A stretch of 64,000 bases of DNA from an uncultured delta proteobacterium. Lineage in GTDB: Bacteria > Myxococcota_A > UBA9160 > SMWR01. The translations under genes were made by a program, and so were the position numbers. The stretch covers positions 480,001 to 544,000 of the forward strand of contig CAWHTE010000011.1 in NCBI GenBank assembly GCA_963832165.1. Direction: 5' to 3'. Of the stretch, positions 56,961-64,000 are shown piece after piece. The first letter of the stretch is position 1. Every line of letters starts with the position of its first letter. The notes under the pieces were generated by a model that made no database searches, had not been told where the DNA came from, and saw nothing but the letters and a program-made list of their open reading frames with translations.

Positions 56961-57026
56961 GTCGCGAACACGAGCGAGCGTGACAATGCGTCGACAGCGT
57001 AGGGACGCGGTGCCATTCTAGGCGCC

Positions 57027-59741
57027 ATGCCGGAGCAAGCGACCGGTCCGGCTCCCGCGCCCCATCGCAACGAACCGGATCCGACGCCGCGCGTGCCCGC
57101 GGCGGATCGTTCGGGAGAGCACGGGCTGCCCGCCGATCCGCTGTCGGCGATGACGCCGCGCTTCAACCTCTTCTTCCGCTGGTTCGCGCGGCGCTACTTC
57201 CGCGACTTCGACCTCGAGGACGAGACCGTCGAGCGGCTGCGCGACCTCGAGAAGCGCGGCGCGGTCGTCTACGTGATGCGCTATGCGAGTCGGCTCGACT
57301 ACTTCCTGTTCAACACGCTGTTCCGGCGCGAGGGACTGCGCCTGTCCGGCTTCGCGAACGGGATCCGGTACTGGTACTACCGGCCGCTGCGCGACGCGGT
57401 GCGCACGGTGTCGCGCCAGCCGCGCGGTGGGCCGCAGGACGTCGAGCTCGTGCGCGCGCGCGACTACACCCGCGAGCTGACCCGGGAAGGCGGCTCGCTG
57501 TTCCTGTTCCTGCGCACCGCGAGCCTGGGCACGCAGCTCAAGAGCCGCCAGGGGCGCATCGACCAGGGGCGTCAGGAGCGCGACCTCCTGGCCGAGGTGG
57601 TCGCCTCGGCGCAGGACTCGGGCCGGCCCGTGTTCATCGTTCCGCTCGCGCTGTTCTGGCGCAAGGGTCCGCGCGCGCGGCGGCGCTTCCTGAACCTCTC
57701 CTACGGAGCGCTCACGCGCCCGAACGACGTCTCGAAGGTGCTCTCGTTCCTCACCACCTACCGCGGGCTTCACGTGAAGGTGGGCGATCCGATCGACGTG
57801 CCCGGGTTCGCAGCTACGCGCCCGAACGCGAGCACGTCCGAGGTCGCGCGCGTGATCCGGCGCTCGATCCTGACCTTCCTGTACCGCTCGGAGCGCGTGG
57901 TGGAGGGGCCCGTGCTCCAGCCCTACCACCGCGTGCAGGAGATCGTGGTGCGCTCGCCCGCGGTGGCGGCCGCGGTGGCCGCGTACGCGGCCGAGCAGAA
58001 GGTCTCCGACGAGATCGCGCGCGTGCAGGCGGAGAAGATGTTCCGCGAGATCGCGGCGAACATGAGCTCCACCTTCCTCGCGATCCTCGACATCGTCGTG
58101 GGCGCGGTGATCCGGCGCCTGTTCGTGTCGGTCGAAGACTCGGGTATCGAGCGCGTGTCCGAGTACGCGCGGCGCGATCCCGTGGTACTCGTGCCCACGC
58201 ACCGGTCGTATTTCGACTTCCTGATCGTGTCGTCGATCTTCTACCGGCGGCACCTCCTGCCGCCGCACATCGCGGCGCGCGAGAACATGGCGTTCGGTCC
58301 GTTCGGCTTCCTGTGGCGCCGCGCGGGGGCGTTCTTCCTGCGCCGGTCGTTCGCGGACCCGCTCTACAAGGAGGTGTTCCGCACCTACGTCTCCTATCTG
58401 ATCAAGGAGGGCTTCACGCAGGAGTTCTTCATCGAGGGCGGTCGATCGCGCACGGGCAAGACGCTGCCGCCGCGCCTCGGCGTGCTGTCGTGGGACGTCG
58501 AGGCCTTCCTCGCGAGCGGCCGGCGTGATCTTCTCTTCGTGCCGGTCGCGCTCACCTACGAGCGGCTCGTCGAGGAGGGCTCGATGGTGGGCGAGCTCGA
58601 GGGCGCCGCGAAGGAAGACGAGAGCATGCTGCGCCTGATCGGCGCGTGGCGCTTCCTCCAGCGCCGGTTCGGCTCGGTCTTCGTGAACTTCGGCGCACCG
58701 CTCTCGCTCGCCGACGCGATCGGTGATCGGCGCGAGGAGCTCTCGGGCGAGAGCGAGGAGGCCGTCGCCGCGCGCCGCTCGTTCGTCGAGCTGCTCGGAC
58801 TCCAGATCGTCGAGCAGATGAACCTCTCCGTGGTGCCGCACGCCACGGCCGTGGCCGCGTGTGCCCTGCTAGGCGAGCGCCGCCGCGGCCTGTTCCGCGC
58901 CGATCTCGCGCTGCGGATGCAGCAGCTCATCGACCTGATGCGGATGACGAGCGTGAAGCTCACGCCTGCGCTGTTGCGCGACGAGGGCGACTTCTCCGAA
59001 TCGATTGCGTCGCTCCTGCGCGTGGACCTGATCCGCGCGGCGCCGGATCCGCGCGGCGAAATCCTGTTCTTCGAGCCGAACCGGCGGCGCGCGCTCGACA
59101 TCTATCGCAACAGCATCCTGCACTTCCTCGCGGCGCCGAGCTTCCTCGCGCTCGAGCTGCTGCGCGGTGGCGCGCGCGAGGATGTGATCAGGCGGCTGTA
59201 CGACTGGCTCGACGTGTTCCACGGCGAGGTGTTCGTCGCACGCGGGCCCGCGCTCGCGGCGCACGTCGATGCCTTCCTCGGCCACTTCGAGGCGCTCGGC
59301 TGGATCACGCGCAGCGCGTCCGAGCTGCGCGCCACCGAAGCGGGCGAGCCGCACCTGGCCTTTCTCGCCGAGCTGACGCGCGCGCTGCTCGAGAGCTACC
59401 GCGTCGCGACGTCGGTGGTGGCCCAGCAGACGGAGCCGATCGAGCGGCGGGCGCTCGAGAAGAAGATTGCCGAGCAGTTCGAGCGCGCGGCGCTGCTGGG
59501 CGAGATCGGCCTGCCCGAGGCGAACAACGCCGTGACGTTCGGCAATGCAGTCGATCTGCTGCTGCGGCTCGGCGTGCTCGCCGCGCAGCCGCACACGGGT
59601 GCGGGCGCAAGCTTCGCGCAGCGAGCCGAAGGCGAGCGAAGACCAGCGGGTGGCCGCGATCCGCTGTTCGGCCAGGGTCCGGCCTGGTCGGAGCTCGCGC
59701 GGCTGCGAGAGCGTCTGGCGACCGCGCTGCGCCCCCGGTAG
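57027..59741 (+). CDS. plsB: Glycerol-3-phosphate 1-O-acyltransferase, PlsB-like
   Basis: PTHRSYFD (HxxxxD), GAFFLRRSF, FFIEGGRSRTGK, VPVALTYE, KEDES; 904 aa. Confidence 0.88.
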   Translation: MPEQATGPAPAPHRNEPDPTPRVPAADRSGEHGLPADPLSAMTPRFNLFFRWFARRYFRDFDLEDETVERLRDLEKRGAVVYVMRYASRLDYFLFNTLFRREGLRLSGFANGIRYWYYRPLRDAVRTVSRQPRGGPQDVELVRARDYTRELTREGGSLFLFLRTASLGTQLKSRQGRIDQGRQERDLLAEVVASAQDSGRPVFIVPLALFWRKGPRARRRFLNLSYGALTRPNDVSKVLSFLTTYRGLHVKVGDPIDVPGFAATRPNASTSEVARVIRRSILTFLYRSERVVEGPVLQPYHRVQEIVVRSPAVAAAVAAYAAEQKVSDEIARVQAEKMFREIAANMSSTFLAILDIVVGAVIRRLFVSVEDSGIERVSEYARRDPVVLVPTHRSYFDFLIVSSIFYRRHLLPPHIAARENMAFGPFGFLWRRAGAFFLRRSFADPLYKEVFRTYVSYLIKEGFTQEFFIEGGRSRTGKTLPPRLGVLSWDVEAFLASGRRDLLFVPVALTYERLVEEGSMVGELEGAAKEDESMLRLIGAWRFLQRRFGSVFVNFGAPLSLADAIGDRREELSGESEEAVAARRSFVELLGLQIVEQMNLSVVPHATAVAACALLGERRRGLFRADLALRMQQLIDLMRMTSVKLTPALLRDEGDFSESIASLLRVDLIRAAPDPRGEILFFEPNRRRALDIYRNSILHFLAAPSFLALELLRGGAREDVIRRLYDWLDVFHGEVFVARGPALAAHVDAFLGHFEALGWITRSASELRATEAGEPHLAFLAELTRALLESYRVATSVVAQQTEPIERRALEKKIAEQFERAALLGEIGLPEANNAVTFGNAVDLLLRLGVLAAQPHTGAGASFAQRAEGERRPAGGRDPLFGQGPAWSELARLRERLATALRPR
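59607..59645 (+). repeat. Intragenic 39-bp repeat, copy 2 (in the plsB 3' end)
   Basis: gcaagcttcgcgcagcgagccgaaggcgagcgaagacca; 38/39 match to the reverse complement of 623-661. Confidence 0.85.
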
Positions 59742-59768
59742 GCTCGCGCGCCCCGCGAGGTGCGCCCC

Positions 59769-60668
59769 ATGGCCCGCAAGACATCGACCGCACCGGCCCG
59801 CCGCCTGCGGCTCGGGCTGCCCAAGGGCAGCCTCCAGGCCACGACCGAGAAGCTGTTCACGCTCGCGGGCTTCGACCTGCGAATCCGCGAGCGCTCCTAC
59901 TATCCCGACATCGACGATCCCGACATCGAGTGCGTGCTGCTCCGCGCGCAGGAGATGGCGCGCTATGTGCAGCAGGGCGTGCTCGACGCCGGGATCACCG
60001 GAATCGACTGGACGCGCGAGAGCCGCGCGAGCGTGAAAGAGGTCGCCGACCTGCGCGCGCCGTGGCCCAACTACAACCCGGTGCGCTGGGTGGTGGCCGT
60101 GAAGGACGATTCGCCGATCAAGCGCCCCGCCCAGCTCGCGGGCAAGCGGATCGCCACCGAGGTGGTCAACCTCACGAAGCAGTATCTGCGCAAGCACCGC
60201 GTGAAGGCGATCGTCGAGTTCTCGTGGGGCGCCACCGAAGTGAAGCCGCCGCTGCTCGCCGACGCGATCGTCGACGTCACCGAAACCGGCTCGAGCCTGC
60301 GCGCGAACAACCTGCGCGTGATCGACACCGTGCTCGAGAGCACGCCGCGCTTCATCGCCAACCGCGAGAGCTATGCGGACGCGCGTCTGCGCGGCGTGAT
60401 CGAGCGCATCGCGCTGCTGCTGCGCGGCGCGATCACCGCCGCGGATCGCGTCGGCCTGATGATGAACGTGCCGCGCGCGCACCTCCAGGCGGTGCTCGGC
60501 GTGTTGCCCGCGCTCGGCACGCCGACCGTGTCGACGCTCGCCGACGACCGCTGGGTCGCCGTGAACACGGTGATCCAGGAGCGCGTGGTGAAGTTGCTGC
60601 TGCCGCGGCTGCGCGAAGCGGGCGCGCGCGGGATCGTCGAATATCCGCTGTCCAAGATCATCGAGTAG
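59769..60668 (+). CDS. hisG: ATP phosphoribosyltransferase (long form)
   Basis: LGLPKGSL, RAQEM, DAGITGID, FSWGATEVK, DVTETGSSLRANNL, C-terminal regulatory domain. Confidence 0.96.
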   Translation: MARKTSTAPARRLRLGLPKGSLQATTEKLFTLAGFDLRIRERSYYPDIDDPDIECVLLRAQEMARYVQQGVLDAGITGIDWTRESRASVKEVADLRAPWPNYNPVRWVVAVKDDSPIKRPAQLAGKRIATEVVNLTKQYLRKHRVKAIVEFSWGATEVKPPLLADAIVDVTETGSSLRANNLRVIDTVLESTPRFIANRESYADARLRGVIERIALLLRGAITAADRVGLMMNVPRAHLQAVLGVLPALGTPTVSTLADDRWVAVNTVIQERVVKLLLPRLREAGARGIVEYPLSKIIE

Positions 60669-60670
60669 TC

Positions 60671-61216
60671 ATGAGTCGGGCGATGCGGATGGCCGCCGCC
60701 CTGCCGAACTATGCGCGGATCGCCTGGTGGGGCCTCGTGTCCCCGCGCCGCGAGCGCGCGCCACTCACCGTCCACCAGGCCGTGATCCTGGGCGCCGAGG
60801 GCGTGCTGCTCGCGCTGCGCGAGGAGCTGCGCGGCTGGGAGCTCCCGGGCGGGAGCGCGCTGCCGGGCGAGAGCGGTGAGGCGGCGCTGCGCCGCGAGGT
60901 GGAGGAGGAGACCGGCCTGGCCGTGGAGGTGGAGGCGTTCGTGGGCGAGTACTGCCGCACCGGCTTCCGCCCCCACATCGCGCGCGTCTACCGCTGCGTC
61001 GCCGTCGGCGGTGCGCTGCGCGCAAGCGCCGAGACGCCCGAGCTCGCGTGGTTCGATCCGAGCGCGCTGCCGCGCACGCTGTTCCCGTGGTTCCGCGGGC
61101 CGCTCGCGGACGCGCTCGCGGAGCTGCCCGAGCCGATTGCGATCCGCGAGCGCCAGGGATGGCGGCACGTGCTCGCGGGCATGGCGATCGATCTCCGCGC
61201 GCGCTGGCGCGGCTGA
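60671..61216 (+). CDS. NUDIX hydrolase
   Basis: WELPGG...GESGEAALRREVEEETGL Nudix box. Confidence 0.9.
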   Translation: MSRAMRMAAALPNYARIAWWGLVSPRRERAPLTVHQAVILGAEGVLLALREELRGWELPGGSALPGESGEAALRREVEEETGLAVEVEAFVGEYCRTGFRPHIARVYRCVAVGGALRASAETPELAWFDPSALPRTLFPWFRGPLADALAELPEPIAIRERQGWRHVLAGMAIDLRARWRG

Positions 61217-61229
61217 CGTGTGAACTACT

Positions 61230-61547
61230 TCACACCCGGTCGATGTACCGGCGGGGTACTGGTGCCCGTAGCCCCAGCGCCAGTAGGCCGGAATCCAGGG
61301 CGAGCCCTCAGCAGGATTGCCAGGTCTCGCCGGCGAACGTCCCGTCCGGCCACATCGAACAGCCGTCGGTCCGGAATCGCTCGGTCGGCTTCCCTCCCGG
61401 CTCGCCGCGCTCGGCGCAGATGTGCGCGGCAAGCTGCTCGAGCGCTGCGGTCGCCACCGGGTCGAACCGGTAGGCTTCCGCGGTGTGGTAGGTCGGAGCG
61501 CAGCCGAAGCTCGATAGCAGCGCGAGGCAGAGCACCGATCGATGCAC
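61230..61547 (-). pseudogene. Disrupted small lipoprotein (DGCS...W..C / WRWGYG family, PLA2-like), probable internal deletion
   Basis: Lipobox SFGC; FRTDGCSMWPDG...WQSC then stop; GSPWIPAYWRWGYGHQYP continues immediately in another frame. Confidence 0.55.
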
Positions 61548-61586
61548 GTCGGCAGCATACACGTCTGATACGGAGAGGGACCGCAC

Positions 61587-63317
61587 ATGACGCCAGCGCT
61601 TCGGGTCGCACGGGTTGCGTTGCTGATGTTGTTGCTGGCGGGTTGTGCGTCCCCCTACGCGCCCCAGCGTCTCGCCACGCCCGGCGAGCTGCACGATGTG
61701 AAGTCGAAGACGATCGGCGACGTGACGGTCTCCGTCTCGATCCTGACCGACGATCAGGCCCGGCAGCATTTCGGCGCCGACCTCGCCAGCCGCGAAATAC
61801 AGGCGCTCTGGATGAGCGTCCGCAACGGCTCGGACCGCAAGCTGTGGTTCATCCGCACCGTGTTGGATCCCGATTTCTATTCGGCAGAGGAAGCAGCCCT
61901 GCTGGTGCAGGAAGACGTTTCGGGCGACAAGCGGCCGCAGCTGCACCAGCATTTACGCGACGAGTCGATCCGGGCGTTGCTATTGCCGCGGACCGTCACC
62001 GAAGGCTTCGTGTTCCTGCCCAGGGTCGAGGGCGGGCGCTACGTCGACATCCGCCTGCACGGTGACGCGTACCTCGAGAGCGATGCGCAGCGCGTGGCCG
62101 CCGCCGGTGTCACGCGCTCCCCGCGCGAGCTGCGCTTCGATTTCGCCCTTCCGCTGCCGGACGGCGACTTCGATTACGAGAAGCTCGACCCGAACAAGAC
62201 GTACCCGGGCCAACACCTGCCCAACCTGAGTGCCGATGAGCTCCGCAGGGCATTGGAGCAGCTGCGCTGTTGCGTCACCGATGCCGATGGCGAGCAAGAG
62301 GGCGATCCGCTCAATATCGCGTTCGTCGGGGAATCGTCCGACGTCCTGAACTCACTGTCGCGCAGCGGATGGTCGTTCACCCACCGCATCACGCTGCGCA
62401 CCGTCCGCCGCGAGGTGGGCGCAGCGATCAGCGGTACGCCCTATGCGGTCGCGCCCGTGAGCAGTCTCTATGTCTTCGGCCGCAAGCAGGACGTCGCGCT
62501 GCAGCGCGCGCGGCGATCGATCGCCCACCGCAACCACATGCGGCTTTGGCTCGCACCCTACCGCTTCGAGGACCGCCCGGTCTGGATCGGCCAGGTGAGC
62601 CGGGACATCGGCGTGAAGATCACGACGAAGTCGCCCACGCTGACGACGCACGTCATCGACCCCCAGGTCGACACGACCCGCGAGTACCTGCTGCACAGCC
62701 TGATGGGGGCGGGCTTCGTCGACCGGTTCGCGTTCGTGAAGGGCAGCGCAGCCGCATCGCCATCGCAGCCGCACTACAACCTGACCGGCGATCCGTACCA
62801 CAGCGACGGCATGCGGCTCCTGATCCTGCTCGCGCCGCAGCCGATTGCGCCCGACGAGATCCGCAGCCTGCGCTGGGAGGAGTCAGCGCCTCCGATCGCC
62901 GAGGGGCAGAGCGAGGCGGCGCAACGGAACGTGCGCCCGATCGAACGGGCGGAGATCAGGCCGCCTGGGCGGCGTCCGCCTGCGCGACGACGACCTGGTA
63001 GTCGGGTCCTTGCGCAGCTTCCAGATGAAGCGATTCAGCGGGGGATCGGAAGCTCGAAGCCGAGCCGATCCCCCGCGGTCGCGGCGGGCCGCGACACTCC
63101 GCGGAGCCGTTCGTTGCGCACCGCATCGATCTTCGCGATCAGTGTCTTCACCTGTTCCTCGTTGGGATCGAGCGCGACCACCCTATCCAAATCGTCTAGC
63201 GCGCGCTCCAGTCTCGGTCCGGGGTCATCGCCCGACTCCGCCAGCTCCAGTTCGAGCCGCGCGCACGATAGCCACGCGTTTGCCGGTGCCCCGCGCACCC
63301 CGGTCGCCTTGCGGTAG
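61587..63317 (+). CDS. Lipoprotein with LssY C-terminal-like domain (3' end beyond ~62950 doubtful)
   Basis: Lipobox LAGC; GDPLNIAFVG, APVSSLYVFGRKQD, RNHMRLW, WIGQVSRDIG, THVIDPQVD, NLTGDPYHSDG; tail overlaps an opposite-strand gene. Confidence 0.75.
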   Translation: MTPALRVARVALLMLLLAGCASPYAPQRLATPGELHDVKSKTIGDVTVSVSILTDDQARQHFGADLASREIQALWMSVRNGSDRKLWFIRTVLDPDFYSAEEAALLVQEDVSGDKRPQLHQHLRDESIRALLLPRTVTEGFVFLPRVEGGRYVDIRLHGDAYLESDAQRVAAAGVTRSPRELRFDFALPLPDGDFDYEKLDPNKTYPGQHLPNLSADELRRALEQLRCCVTDADGEQEGDPLNIAFVGESSDVLNSLSRSGWSFTHRITLRTVRREVGAAISGTPYAVAPVSSLYVFGRKQDVALQRARRSIAHRNHMRLWLAPYRFEDRPVWIGQVSRDIGVKITTKSPTLTTHVIDPQVDTTREYLLHSLMGAGFVDRFAFVKGSAAASPSQPHYNLTGDPYHSDGMRLLILLAPQPIAPDEIRSLRWEESAPPIAEGQSEAAQRNVRPIERAEIRPPGRRPPARRRPGSRVLAQLPDEAIQRGIGSSKPSRSPAVAAGRDTPRSRSLRTASIFAISVFTCSSLGSSATTLSKSSSARSSLGPGSSPDSASSSSSRAHDSHAFAGAPRTPVALR

Positions 63318-64000
63318 GCCGCCAGGGCCGCTGAGAAGTCCCCCCGTCGGTGATGCAGGCGTCCTAGCGCACTCCAAGCCGCGGCCGTCGGATGCTGCTC
63401 GACGCTCCGCCGGTAGTGGGCGATGGCGTCGTCATCGAGCAGGTCGCGCTCGCTGGCGCGGCCGGCGGAGAACTCGAACGCCCACGCCGGCTCGCGCCCG
63501 ACCGAGCGCAACCGCCGCGTACCGCGAGGTCGATCTGCTCGGGTCTGATCTCCTGGATCGCGACGTCTCGTGATGCCCACGAGCGGAACGATCAACGAGA
63601 GCATCGCTGTCCCCCAGGCGAGCCGTTCGGAGCCGGATCGCCCCCGGCGCTCGATTGCAGCGGGGACCTCGCTCGGCGCGGTAGCGCGGCGCAGATGAGC
63701 ACCCCGGCGATCGATTGATCGCGCAGCTTCCAGATCGCGCCGTCCAGAATGAAGTGGTGGATGTTGACCACCGAGAAGACCAGCAGGGAGAGGCCTCCGT
63801 CCCACGAGATCTCACCGAGCAGTCCCGGCGCAAATAACAGTCCCGGCAGAACCGGTGACGCTACCGCCCGCGATCAGGGATTTGAGCAGGAACGGACCGG
63901 CGTGCTCGTGCGGCGCCGAGCGCTTCGCGTAATAGGCGGTGATCCACAGATACTGCGCCGAGTGCGCCGTGGAGACCGACACCGCCGTGAACGGAAGCAG
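63035..64000 (-). pseudogene. Membrane protein with C-terminal TPRs, at least 2 frameshifts (partial, starts beyond window)
   Basis: HSAQYLWIT, NIHHFILDGAIWKLRD and TPR AWSALGRLHHRRGDFSAALAAYRKA are split over different frames (shifts near 63855 and 63690). Confidence 0.6.

Noticed and set aside
56753..56969. SRP RNA (ffh is nearby), tRNA or retron msr-msd
   Set aside because: No SRP domain IV GGAA motif, no cloverleaf, no reverse transcriptase in the window; kept only as an unassigned element
1..64000. Many long overlapping Arg/Ala-rich ORFs (e.g. 8849..12070 -, 22713..25460 +, 26537..31759 + as one protein, 57018..58841 -)
   Set aside because: Shadow or antisense frames expected at this GC content; real genes with motifs occupy other frames or only the ORF ends

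Overview
GC-rich bacterial chromosomal window. Gene content (PEP-CTERM protein, zinc-ribbon/DUF3426 protein, paired ArsA-like ATPases, PhaR-like regulator) suggests a Myxococcota/deltaproteobacteria-like organism; this is inference. The window opens with the start of the dcw cluster (mraZ-rsmH-ftsL-ftsI-murE-murF) and contains housekeeping genes (tatA, trmB, rlmN, ffh, hisG, sppA). Many genes are lipid-related: PlsB/PlsC-like and DUF374 acyltransferases, FadE, thioesterase, PLD, an acyl-AMP ligase-ACP-GNAT operon, and two TetR/Coq4-like modules. No rRNA, tRNA, CRISPR array or intact transposase was recognised. Most notable: (1) a MerR / ParA-CBM48 fusion / Walker-A-less MinD-like / degenerate PD-(D/E)XK-like / ECF-sigma cluster with a perfect 21-bp palindrome, a candidate glycogen-granule positioning system; (2) a densely structured ~270-nt mraZ-rsmH intergenic region; (3) a ~200-nt inverted-repeat-bounded element near a GTAG-type REP; (4) a 39-bp repeat embedded in the coding tails of both murE and plsB, in different frames; (5) a 3x5-repeat FG-GAP-like PEP-CTERM protein. 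Several frameshifts and apparent deletions (arsA, VWA gene, SRPBCC gene, LysM transglycosylase, last 3 kb) may be sequencing or assembly errors. All calls come from motif recognition by eye; no searches were run.
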